The notes under the pieces are model-generated. The model was not told the origin of the DNA and made no database searches. It saw only the letters and a list, made by a program, of their open reading frames with translations. This document shows, piece after piece, positions 50,158 through 62,381 of a stretch of DNA of 64,000 nucleotides; position 1 is the stretch's first letter; each line of letters begins with the position of its first letter. The stretch is taken from NCBI GenBank assembly GCA_013265495.1, contig MU057416.1, forward strand, positions 56,545-120,544. Reading direction: 5' to 3'. This DNA is from Vicugna vicugna. Taxonomy: Eukaryota. The translations under genes and the position numbers were made by a program.

Positions 50158-52454
50158 CTGAAAATTAACAGTGGCACAGAAAGGACAGATTTCTCTTCAG
50201 CATACAGAATTTCAAACTTGCTTTTTAGAAATACAGGTGAGGTCTACATGATTTTCAGATGCTCCACCCCCCCCCCCGCCTCAAATGATGCCCTTTGTTT
50301 AGAAACAAGCAATACTGAAAAATTCCTTGTTTTTTCAACTGGATTCTTTCGAACACGGAAATGACAACTTTCTTTTACACTCACATGTTTAAATGAAATA
50401 TCTTCCCGTTTACTATCACAGGAGTAACAGCCAGAGAGCAGATCTGAGCTGTCACTTACTCAGAAAGACATTATTTGGTCAGATCTGCTGTCCTGATTTG
50501 CTGCCAGGAATCCTTCAGTCCACACCAAATGAATCTGTTTAACGCTGGCAGACCTCCAACCGGCACTACAAACATGTGGCTCAGACTCTCTCAAACCAAC
50601 TTACAGTTTTTTAAAGCATTTTATTGGGGTGTTTTCCTTACCGTGTGTTGACTCTAGAATGTCTGATTAAGCCCCAAAGCACATCAAAGTAGACATTTTT
50701 TGTAGTCGCTTTCTCTGAGGGGGACTTGAAAGTGGTTGTAAAACCAACGGTTTTAATGGTTAGGAGATTTAGTTAAGTAGCTCTCTTTTCTTTTATTAAG
50801 AGCAAAGGTGTAAGCCTTAAGCCAGCAGATAGCACGGTAGATGAAAGTTTCAGAAAAATGTGAAAAACTGTGGAGATCATTAGGTAAGCACATGACTTTT
50901 TTGACAACCAGAGGAAGTATTGGGGGGGAGTGACAGAGTCATGTTAATCACTGCTCAGCCCTTACCACCCACCACCTTCGGGGAAGCTAGGTACTAACGC
51001 TCTGTGATCATTAAAACTTTAAAAAATCTCTGAACTGTATTGAAACTAATTTTCTTCAGAATCTATTGTCTTTCTATTTTAGTTAAATGCCTTGATTCAT
51101 TTGCCCGTTTAACATCATTTTTTTCTTCTGGTAAGATCTCTTAAGCTTTGGTTTATAATTTTTGTCAATGGTTTGTTGCACTATGTAGACTTGGAACTAA
51201 ATGTGTTTTCATTAAGTAGCATGAAAGAAAATCTTAACATAAACCTTATCTGTCATCTAGATACACAGGTTTACATGGCTTTGTTTTTGTGTAACTTTGT
51301 TGCATTTGAGCAGAGATGAGTCCTAAATTTCTCTTCCTGCTGCACAGAAGTTGCTTTGCGAGTCGCTGTATATGTGTGGACAAGAGACAGTCACTGTGTT
51401 ACACACTGAAATGTGTCTCTTTTAGTACCTCTTACCCTTGAGCGGGACTGAGCAGACGTCATTCACAACGCATATTTAGCTCTGTCTTAATTGTCCTTAG
51501 AATCCAAGGTCTAGTGAAAATGAGTGTTCTTCCAATGACTGAGCCTTAATGGAACGTTACCAGTAATGCTTTCCTTTTTCCTCCTCAATTCATGCTCGTT
51601 ACCATCTTGTATGTACACTTTTCTTCCTCTCTGGAGCTCTGACCACTTCCTGGCAACCACACACACGCCGTTCACAGGACAAACAAGCGAAATGTTGGCA
51701 AGGAAAACCATTCCTAGCCCCCAGCTCACTTTCTTATCCCTGCTTGTCACTAACATGAGGACAAAAATATATGTAAGAGGTGAGAAGATTTCTTAGTCGT
51801 AACGTGCTGTGGGTTACGTAACGAGTGGTCGGACACTATCTGATTGAGCAAAAAACCCCATAAAACATCATTACTTTCCATCTTAATTGCATATTGTGTA
51901 AAAGTACTTGTTTCCAAGTTGCAACTCGAGCACATTAAAAAAAACAACAACAACTAATAATAGGAAAAGCGCTGCGTGCCCGGCCCCTGCGCAGAAGCTG
52001 GCGCCCCTCTTCGGAGGCTGCGTGAGCTCCGAGTGCGCCTGCTTCCCCGGTGTGGCGCCGGTCACCTGCTGGTTCTCATTCAGTTAAACAGGGGAGCCAC
52101 GGGGACCTCGGGCGGCCCGCGGCGGGGAGGCGCAGGGCACCAGCCAGCCCGCATGGCCTGACCGCTGCTGGCTTCTGCGTCTGCGTGGGAACCTTCCAGA
52201 TTTTACAATTGCACCTCTTCCTTCTTTAAGCATTAAAAGCGTGGCTGCTGGGAACCCAAATGAGATCACGTTCCTATTTCTCAATACTTTCTCTCTCAAA
52301 CACAGGGGTGACCTTTTGGGACAGTCCAGATTTTAAATAGAACAGTCACATATTGGTCCCCAATTTCCTATAAGGTCACACGAGGCCAAATGTCCTGATT
52401 TTTGGTTTAGAAAATGAGACAACTCGTGCGTCATGATTTTATTACTTTAGAAAG

Positions 52455-52556
52455 TTTTTTGTTTGTTTGTTTTTTTAGCGGAGGTACTGGGGACTGAAGG
52501 CAGGACCTCGTGTAAGCTAAGCGCGCTCTCTACCACTGAGCCACACCCCCCCACCC
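52455..52556 (-). mobile_element. tRNA-derived SINE (Vic-1-like)
   Basis: gaggtactggggactgaagg...ctctaccactgagccacacccc with a T-rich tail. Confidence 0.85.
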
Positions 52557-54229
52557 CGTGCTCCCTCATCGTGATTAAAAATACTCCCGAGCAGGTGCTG
52601 CCGAGTGGTGTGGGAAAGGCTGGCTTCCCTTTATCCATCCATTATTCATTCAGTATTTATTGAGTACTTGCTGCATATTACACAGAGGGCCAGAACCAAA
52701 CGTGCGATACGGTTTTTGCTTCTAGCTGACATGCATGCAGTGTATTTTGGAAATACGTACATGCTGCTCCAGCGTCCATGAGGAGAATTAGAAAATGCAT
52801 AAGATTGTCAAGAAGGCACAAAACCAACTATGAAGACAATGGAATGTAAGTCTTGGTTCAGTGTGTTTTGTGACAGCGAAAAACTACATTTATGGAAACC
52901 TCTCCTACTAAAATTCTTGAGAATCGGTGCTTGCCCGCACCCCGGTGGTCATGTCATGTCTTGTGGTAGCAGAGTTAGTAAAGAAGACGAACAAACAGAC
53001 CCACCTGTGCAGGGTGGGGGCTCAGAGGAGCCGCCAGGGGGGATCAGGGAAGGTGTCTGAGGAGAAAACTGTTACACTGAAGAGACTCATTAGCCAGGAC
53101 AGACATGGGAGTGGACAGTGTATTTTGGCATCAGAAAAAAAAAAAATGGCAAGACGACCCCTTCTGTTTCTGGGAACTCTTTATAAATAGTTCCCCTTTA
53201 AATCATTCGCTTTTAGACGTTCGGTCTGCTACACCCTGCTTTCAACGAGCCGTTGCTGAGATACATTCCATAGGGTGTTCTGTGGGAGGAAAAGTAGGAA
53301 AGGAAGGTGTTTGGACTGATTTCCAGGTGATTGTGGGGAAAGGATTAAAAAATCAATTTAGGGCAGGTTAGAACTGAGCTCTGTTCCCGGGGCTGGGGGA
53401 GTGGGCAGGGCTGTGCGCCGGGTTCCGCTCGGCTTCTTGGTGAGAAAAAGCCGAGGGGCTGAGGGCCCCAAGATGCTTATGAGCACCGCTCCATGCTGGG
53501 ATTGCTAACCTGCTTCTGGATCCCTTTTCTGAAGGGAAGAGAGGCTTCATTGATCGTTTCAGAAAGAAATCAGAACTGTACCCTGGGCACCACTACAGTA
53601 AAACGTTAGAAGCTTTGTAACCTCGAGCAAGGTAGTTTCCGAACCTGAGCTTTCTCACCTGTAAAACAGATTTAATGCTGTACTGCAGAGTCATCGGAAG
53701 GATTTGCAACACATACATAGTGCTTGATGAAGAATGTTCAACAATTTCCAATCATTATTAGGAAAGAAAGACCGATTCCCGGGGCCGTTTGCTAAGAAGG
53801 AAGGCAGTGAGGAAGGCGGGGGTTGAGGAGAGAGCTCCGGGCTGTCACCCAAAAAAGCCCCTGCGGGCTTCCCTGAGGTCACCCACAGGGAGATGCCCAG
53901 AGGGCAACCGGACGGGCAAGTCTGGAATCCAGGAGAAAGGTGTGAAACGGAGACGAGCTCTGCTTTGGCGTCATCTGGGTCTGGCGTGCTCGAGGCGGCG
54001 CAGTGGGTTTGGGACAAAGTCAAGGGGTCTGCACAGAATGAGCAGGAAAGAGGGCTAAGGTCTCAGCCGAGGCGGGGGCGGGGGGCGCCGACGTTGGGAG
54101 GATGAGAACAGGAAGAACAGCGTCAGGAAAAGCCGAGAGCAGTCACCGGAGTCGGAGGGGAACCAGAATAGAGAACAGCCCAGAGAGGAGGTGGCCAACA
54201 GATGCTACACGGACTGGATGTGAATGGGC

Positions 54230-55540
54230 CGTCCTCAGTCAGCCATCATTCCTGGGGGTCTGCCACGTCGCACACTCTTCTAGGTCCCGATACAGCAGTG
54301 AAAACCACAGGCAGACACACTTTCTGCTCTCGTGGCGTCCCGACTGTCGCAGGGAGAGGTAGAAATGGAAAACTGACAGGAGGACACAGTGCAACGGGGT
54401 GATGAGTCCTGGGCGGAGGAATAAAGGAGCCATCGGGACAGAGAGGCGGCTGGAAGCTAACTGAGATCAGGCAAGCCTCTCAGAGGATGTGCCATGCGAG
54501 CAGAGACCCCAAGGGGTAAGACAGCTAGCCATGCAAACGCCTGACAGGGAAGGGCGTTCCAGGCAGACGGAACAGCAGGGCAAAGACCCTGAGGTCGAAG
54601 GGCATTTGACACGCTCAAGGAACAGTAAAAACATCATCATGGCTGGGTCAAAGGTCAAAGAGCAGAATGGTTGAATGTCAGGAGGACTATCACAGAGGTG
54701 GCAGTAGGGCCAGGTCACAGAGCTCTCCTGGGGAGGGCGAGGATCTCGGTCCTTGAGACGCTAAATCCATGAAGGGTTTTTACCAATGGGTGGCATAATG
54801 TTCTTTATGATCTAAAAGGAGTTCTTTGGCTGGTGTGGCGAAAGAGACTGTAAGAGCAAGGAAGATGCAGGGAGAGTGGTTTGAAATCTACTGCACTAGT
54901 TCAGACAAATGTTAGTGATGCCTGGCAGTGGTGAAGTGGCCGTGCAGTTGCTGCGAAGTGACACAGACGTTGAAGGCAGAGTTGATGGAGAAGCAGGAGA
55001 GACAGACAAATCAATGACGGCTCCGACATTTTATTTTGGTGGGGGGGTCAAGAATGCAGTTTGAGACACCCGTTAAATATCTGGTGGGGATGGTGAGAAA
55101 GCGGATGTTAATGTGAATTTGAAGATCAGGGAAGCAAGTCAGGCTGGAAATACTGAAGTTTGGGGAACATCAGCCTAGAGCCGGGATTTGAAGTCGTAGG
55201 ATTAGGTGTGATCACCTGGGAAGTGTCTGCGGATGCAGGACAGAACAAGTCCAAGTGGGGGCTGGACTCTGGAGGGAGGGGGGGAGGTAGAGGAAGGCCG
55301 AGCAGGAGGGCGGGGTCACGCAGGCCAGTGAAGGGAGAGCTTCAAAGATGAGAGACGGACCCCGTTGTGACAGAGAAAGCTGATTCACCGGGGTTAGCAA
55401 CACTGCTGGTCTTCGCAAGAGAAGCTTTGGTGGAGTTGGAGGGACTGAAGCCTGATTAGAGTGGGTTTCGGAGAGAATGGAATTTAAAAATGCAGACACA
55501 GGGAATCTAGGCAACTTCTTTGAGAAGTTTTCAGTTACAA
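54230..55540 (-). mobile_element. L2 fragment
   Basis: gggaagggcgttccaggcagacggaacagcagggcaaagaccctgagg...ggtggagttggagggactgaagcctgatt. Confidence 0.7.
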
Positions 55541-55594
55541 AAACAGACAAAGAAGATAAGGACTCAAGATGGTCAAGTGGGTTTGTCAAGAGGA

Positions 55595-56050
55595 TGTTGT
55601 GGGTTGAACTGTGTCCTTCAAGGTGTGTTTATATCGTAATGGACGTGACCTTACTTGGAAATAGGGTCTTGGGAGATGTCGTCAAGTTAGGACGAGGTCC
55701 TACTAGATTAAGATGGGTCCTACATCTGATAACTGGTGTCCTTATAAAGAGAGGGAGCTTTGGACACAGAGACAGAGCAGCACAGAGCAGACATGCGGGG
55801 AGGAGGCCATGTGATGGCAGGGGCAGAGACTTGAATGATGCAGCTCTAAGCCAAGGAAAGCCAAGGGCTGCCGGCCATCAGAAGCTGGGAGAGAGACGTG
55901 GACACATCCTTCCTCAGTTCCTTCTGGAGGAAGGAACCACCAGCTCGTGTTTGGACTTCTGGCTCCCAGAACTGGAGGCTAATATACGCCTGTGGTTGGG
56001 AGCCATCCTGTTTGTGGTGATTTGTTTAGCAGCCCTAGGAAGCTAACACA
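55595..56050 (+). mobile_element. MLT1B/C-like LTR
   Basis: tgttgtgggttgaactgtgtcc...gtgaccttacttggaaatagggtctt...ttggacttctggctcccagaactg...gcagccctaggaagctaacaca. Confidence 0.85.
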
Positions 56051-59000
56051 GTGGCTCAGAGACACAGACACACAAGGTCAGTTGAGCACCAGATGCAAAG
56101 TCACGTGCTTGAGTGTGGTACTAGGAGTATGTTTCCAAATGAACGCACCGCCTGAAAAAAAAAATGCACAGACAGAGCAGAGGCCACCTTGATGTGGTCT
56201 GAACACAGAGGGCACTCTGGGAATGTTTGAAGATTTCTATGTGTTACTAATTGCACATTTTTACTCTGCTCTACCAAATAGAAGAAGAAAAGGCCTTCTT
56301 GGCTTTGGGGGTGGTTAATATGATGACACAAACAACCTCATTCAAAGAGCGTTCTTATTCTGCTCGCCCTACAAACTTCGGAACAGTGGTCCGTTACCAG
56401 GAAACAAAGGAGCCACCTCTCTTTTGGCACCTTGAGTGTTCCCATGCTTCTCTGCTGAACCACATCTCTCCTTTCATACCTCTGACTTCTTTGTGAATCC
56501 TTTGTTATTCCTTTTTCTTGTACATCCTTATTAAAAAAATAAAACTTAAGTAGTTTTGTGTAGATCCTGGATTGAATATAACCAAACATCATTAATAAAT
56601 GAAAATGTCCTGTGGTTATTATTTTAATATGACCCACTCGAAGAAATGAAAGGCCAGCGTAGCCATGAATACCCATTAGTCTGTGGACTGTAAGAAGAAG
56701 GAAGGATTTACAGGCCTACAAAACATACAGAGCAGGGTCGTGAATTTCTCCTATAACAATTTTCATTTTATTCGTTTATTAGAAGTTATGTCTTCACGAA
56801 TCAAAACACTCCCTGGCACAGTGAAGCGTTTATTAAACCAAGGTGCTTGGTGAAATAATTTGGAATCTCTGTATATTTGGAAATAAATCAGCAATTCAAA
56901 TTGTGATTAAAAAAATCAGCGGGAGGCCTCCTCGAGACCCACAGAAGTGAACATGCCTCACTGTGTTTGCTGATGAGTTATCCAGGGAGAAAGCAGAACT
57001 ATTTCAAGGCTTTAGTTTGCACTGGAGTACAACTCAATGCACAGAAATATTTAAATTATTTTACTTGTTTGTTTTATTTGCACTGCAGTAGAATTCAGTA
57101 GAAGGTCGTGCTGGATTCATCAGAGGGGGCCCTGCGATTGCCCTGGACCCGGCACAGAACCCTTTTCACTAAGCGGTGGAGGAATTTTCCCAGCTGACAC
57201 GGGTGCAGCCCCTGCTGGGGACCAAGGCGTGTTTTAAGTCCTTGATAAGCGTTAGCTCAGCTAACCGTGAGGACGACTCCCTGAGGGCGACGGGGCCACC
57301 TCCGCCGTGAGGCTCAGGAGGGGAAAGACCAGGGGGCTCAGGGATAGCCAGCCCCACGTCGCCCGGCCAGTCGGAGGCGAGAGCTGGGCTTGTAGCCGGA
57401 GCCGCCGCTTGCTCCTGGGGGCGAGGGGGGTCTGCGCTGTCTGGGTCGGACACCCCAGGGTCGCGACCCTCGCTTTTATTAAGACTGCCCAGAGCTTTCA
57501 GAACCTCTTTCTTATACCTGCTTGTTCAGTGTTTCTCATGCCCAGATTTGAACATTTATGTTTACCGCATCTTTTGATCTGTATCCCATAATGCAAATTG
57601 TAATTTTGGGTTAAACACAAACGTTATTTACCGCAGCTGCCAGAGTAGACAGGTGGAGTGTTAATTTGTGGGGGAGGCCACGGTGCACATTTGGAAATAT
57701 GTCAGGAATATGGATTCTTTATGTGACGTGGAGCAATTCAAATGACAGCATTAGGGCCGAATGGTAGAGCCTCCCAGGTTTGCAGTGGGTGTAAATGAAA
57801 TAGACACTGTGCTCTTAAAAGGTGTAACTTAAAGTAAAAAAAAAAAAATCACGTGTTTCAGAGAAGACATGGATGAGGGGGCCCTGACTTCCTATTCTAA
57901 TTCTGATCAAAGATGCAGGTAATTTCCCCAAAGCTGGAGCTCCAGGGCAGGTCCGATGCTCTGTTGTGAAAGTGTAACTTGCGTCGACCAATACACTCAC
58001 TTTTATGTTTTGAAGGATGCACAATTTTAAGCAAAAGGTGTTAACTTCAAGTGAGATAAATTAAAATAATGCCATAGCAAGAGGTAAACAAAAATAATAA
58101 AAAATAATGCCAACCTACTGCAATTCCACCTAAATTCAAACAGTTTTTACACATAAAAATTTGGGTGAGTGTCTTAACTAGTAAATACCATTCAATCCAC
58201 ACTCAGTGAATAGAGGCGAACGTCTGAGTTCTTTCACTCATTTTACTAGAAGCAGCGCTGGTCTCCTCACTGGAAGAAAAGTTGAGCCCCCCCACCCCCA
58301 ACAGAAAACAGAAAAGTTGGCCGAGAACTTGCAGCCGCTGTAAAAAAGGATGAAACGAGACTGTTGTTTCTGGTTTCCTACTCCAGTCTTCTGTTGCTTT
58401 TACCTACAGTCACATACAAGTATACATACTGTATAAATTAAAAAGAAGACTAACTCATTAGTTTTTACTCTACCACCTTAGGTACCATTTTTCTGATCCT
58501 TAAAGCATTTTGGTCACACATATTAAATATTACATATAATATTTTATTCTTCTGTATATTTCTGTTTTCTTTTTTAAAAAAAGCAAAGATGGAAGCTCAG
58601 AGATGCTCAGTAACTTAAACAAAGAAATAAAAGGAAAAAGCCGGTGCTCTTTCTACTCTGCTGCCTCACAGCCCAGCTTTGCGAGTCTGTTGGATATCCG
58701 CACTTCCGTACCACGCCCCCCCAACAGCAAACCAGCCTGCCAGTCCCACCTCTCTGCAGCTGGAGTCTTGAGAGCAGGGACCTGTGATTGCATTTCCACG
58801 GCTCTAACAGCCTTCAGGAGAGCCCCTAACACCCTTGTCTGTGTCCCGAAAGGCAAAGCATTTACACACGTACAGGACTGTGGAGTAACTTCCCTGGGAT
58901 CTGAGGCCGTCCTCCTGAATGGAATATGTTCATAGTTTTGCAACATCATATGTACATACTAGCACTATGTTAACCTTGTGTTTTTCTAAAATGATTAACA

Positions 59001-59075
59001 TGTGACTTACTATTTTTTCTCTCTCTGTCTTTCTCTCCCTCCCTCCATTTCTCCCTTTTTAAAATATATTTCACA

Positions 59076-59232
59076 GGGGGAAGGGTCTAGTTCAGCAGCA
59101 GAGTGCATGCTTAGCGCGCAACAGGTCCTGGGTTCCATCCCCAGTAGTGCCATTAAGAAATAAATAAATGAATAAATAAACCTAATTACCTCCCCCTGCC
59201 AAAAAAAATTTGATTAATTAATTAAATTTTAC
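59076..59232 (+). mobile_element. tRNA-derived SINE (Vic-1-like)
   Basis: Diverged A box, gtcctgggttccatccccagt, and the shared aaacctaattacctcccc tail. Confidence 0.85.
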
Positions 59233-60208
59233 AAATACACTCACAAGCCTTGCTCTAGCAGGGTAAGTTCTGAAAGTCTTGTAAATAAACGGATTTAGGA
59301 AGAAGATGGTGAAGCTAAGCCTGCAAGTGTGTTGCTGCTGTGATCGATTAGTTGCCGTTCTGAGTCTCTGTTCTGCCTCTGTGTCAGATTTTCAAATGAA
59401 TCTCTTTTTGGAAAAAAGGCGAGTAAATCTATGGGTTTACAAAGATGACGGCTCTCTGTACCTCGCATGGCATTTCCACATCTGTCTCGTGGGGGAGTCT
59501 TCTGAGGAAGGTCTTCTCATCAGTGAATATACCAGAGCAGCCTGAAAATCACTGGCACCCAACAAGTACTTACTGAATTAAACACATAAATAAAATTAAA
59601 AAAAATAGTGAAATAGCAGAAAAGCTACGAAATAGCAGGTACACAAGGCAGCATTGCACTTGGCCGCGGCGAGCTGAAGAAGCGAGTGACGGGCACGGGC
59701 CCCGGAGCTGTCACCTAGCCGCCCCTGCGTGTGGCGTCTGGGCAGGGAACGGCCCCCGTCTGTCCGGTGAAAACGGCCCCCGAGCCCGTGCTCCCCGAGG
59801 CCAAGGACGGGCTTCCTCTGAGAAAGTGAGCGCAGAGCTCACTGGTTGAAACAACAGTTGGAAAGATATTTTCCAAAATATTTTTAAGGCCAGGGTATTT
59901 ACTATTACTGGTTGATATTTGTTCAAAGATTTATGAACAAAGACCAAGAAAAAAAAGTACATAAGTATTTTAAGTGACTGGTCAACAAAATGAACATTGT
60001 GTATACAAATAATACAGTATGGACCTTCCGGTACTGACTTCCGAGGAGAGATTGCCCGAACACAGCATACTGACCAAGGGGAGGGAAAAATAGCCTGTCT
60101 TCTACCTTTCCTGTGAAAGCTGAGGTTAGATTGTTCTGAGAGGTTCCCACCTCCAAATGACTTGCCTGATTCCCAGTGCCTCTCTAATGACTGAGGAATG
60201 AGAGATAA

Positions 60209-60351
60209 GGGGGAAGGGTGGGGTATAGCTCAGTGGTAGAGCAGGTGCTTAGCATGCAGTAGGTCCTGGGTTCAATCCCCAGTCCCTCCATTAAAAAAAT
60301 AAATAAGTAAATACATCTAATTACCTCCCTCCCCCTCAAAAATTAAAGAAA
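60209..60351 (+). mobile_element. tRNA-derived SINE (Vic-1-like) with TSD
   Basis: Full A/B boxes; TSD aatgagagata at 60197-60207 and 60352-60362. Confidence 0.92.
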
Positions 60352-62068
60352 AATGAGAGATAGGTGGTAAGTATCATTTGGATCAAATGACAATATTGAC
60401 TATGTGCTCAATATTGTCATTTTGTTTCTTCCATCTTGAGGAAGGAATGGTAACATAATGACCACATCTTAAAATAAACTGATCTTCTGTTCTGGACATT
60501 TTAAATATAGAAAAGAAATTTGAATAAAAGATAAGGGAGTTTTCTACACTGTTTCAACCAGCAGGTCCTGGGCTGCTTTGTTTTCTCAGCAGTTACTCTG
60601 TGTTCATCCCATTTGGCCATCATTTGCATGGTTTGTTGTAGCGAAAAAAAAAATGGAGAAGTTGGTCAAGTTTGCCTTCGTTAGCTTGAGCCTTCCCTTT
60701 CCCTTCCAGCACCTCCACGTGGACTCTTTTTCTTTTGTGCTTTGGTGCCCACATTGCTGAGTGTTCAGGAAATCAACTGATCTTAAGAAAGGAAAATGAC
60801 TTTATATGTGATTGAAAACCCCAGGGGACTGAGTAGTGAGTGTCTGCCTTGCCTTCCTTTCTTACACTATCACGTCCTGTGCCCACGTTACATTCAATGC
60901 ATTGAAACAAGCTTCTGTCAATACCGACTCTGTTCTGATCTCTTCACGCAGCCAAAGTCTTACACAAGCAACGCTTTAAGACGTGATCCCTGTCTGGCAG
61001 GGCTTGGAATCTAATTGCAGAGACAGGACATGTAATTAGGAAGGTAAATGACACACCATGTTGGAGATTAAGTAAGGATGTGAGTGAAATGGGACAGTGG
61101 GGGAAACAGAGGTCTTGGCCCCCAGGGACCAGAATTTGGGGTGTAGATCTGTGACATTCGTTTATTCGTTATGAAAATCACGTACATTTTGTACAGTGCC
61201 TTGTTTAGATTGTGGCTGGGGGATCAGACCCCACCAAACCCTGTCTCTACCATTAACCTCTGTGTGATCTTGAGCAAGTTGCATCATTTCTCTAAGCTCA
61301 CTTTCCCCTTTTTGCAAAGAGGGTTGGTGTGAAGAGTAAATAAGATAAGGAGTAAGTAAGTAAACAAGATGAGCATGGGCCTGGCACCCTATTTTCTGCT
61401 TTTTAAAATATGGCTGTCGGCAAACTATAGACTCTCAATTTCTGCATAAGTGAAATGGAAATGTAGTTATTATGCCTAATCCGTGTGGTTGCTGTGAATG
61501 TCAAAGAAACATTCTCTGGGTAAGCACGTAGATGAATGACCAAATAACAAGAAATCAGAAAGTGAGAATAAAATGGAAATATTTTTAAAGGTTGGACATT
61601 AAAAACCATCAAGAAAGGGAGAACAAATGTAACTTTGTCACAATGTGCAGAACAGAAACCGATGCCTACAGAGGCTAAGACACTTGCCCAAGCTCGCTCA
61701 CTAGTCCGTCACTTCGGTCTGGAAGTGGCCTGTCCTTTCTTAACCATTCTGCAACATTGAGACACCGAGGCGTGGCGGCTTTAGGGAAGTTGGAGGCAAA
61801 GCTCAAGCCCGAGTCTCTGCAACTTCAGCGTCCATCATCATTTCCCACGGAGCGCGATGTGGCCAAAAGATCTGAGCTGGGGAAATTCATCCCCACTCTA
61901 GTGATGGGAGACATGCAACTGGGAAGCTTTAGTGAGCTGGCCACGGTCTCCCCGAGAGCGTGGCGGAACCAGGGAGTAACCTGTTCGAGAGGTCCGCGCT
62001 CCTCCTCCTGCACGCCCCTCATCCGTTTTGTGACCAGTCCCTCACAGGGCAGACAGGAGGGGGCTTAC

Positions 62069-62150
62069 TCCTTTTGGCTTCCTCGAGCTTGTCCTTGGCC
62101 CTTTTCTCTGCCTGGAGGAGCTGGTGGATCCCCTGGGACTGGCTGGCCGT
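62069..62150 (-). CDS. ATP6V1G3: ATP6V1G3 coding exon 1 (82 nt, starts ACG instead of ATG)
   Basis: Minus strand reads gccggccaccACG GCC AGC CAG TCC CAG GGG ATC CAC CAG ... GCC AAA AGG A|gtaagc: 27 codons plus 1 nt, phase-1 donor. Confidence 0.95.
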
Positions 62151-62374
62151 GGTGGCCGGCTCCAAGTCAGGTGGCTTCTGAGAATCTGGGAAGGGATGGA
62201 AATCACCACAGAGCTCACACTGTTGTGTCAGCAGTGAGCACTCAGCACAGCTGTTGGCTCCCAAGCGGCCTGATCAGGTGGGGGAGCGGGGCTCCAAGGA
62301 GAGCCCAAGGGTGGAATCCAGAAGAACAAGTCAAGTCAAGGAAGCTGAGAGCTCACTTCTGCCAGCTTCAGGTC

Positions 62375-62381
62375 TTTTATA
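62375..62381 (-). promoter_or_regulatory. Candidate TATA box of ATP6V1G3
   Basis: TATAAAA on the minus strand, ~225 bp upstream of the exon 1 start codon position. Confidence 0.4.

Larger units (their letters stand above)
43788..62150 (-). pseudogene. ATP6V1G3: ATP6V1G3 locus (V-type H+-ATPase subunit G3), three exons, probably inactivated
   Basis: The exons translate to ASQSQGIHQLLQAEKRAKDKLEEAKR / RKAK...QAKEEAMAETDQYRMQRDQAFRLKHAK / TMGSQSNLSREIEAQTLRKIKEL...KPEIHSNYRVTN, which matches the mammalian G3 subunit. Introns are GT-AG, ~11.9 kb and ~5.9 kb. Start codon is ACG, exon 2 has an insertion with a stop, and the stop codon is lost. Confidence 0.85.

Noticed and set aside
55477..56046. 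189-aa ORF
   Set aside because: Lies almost entirely within an MLT1 LTR.
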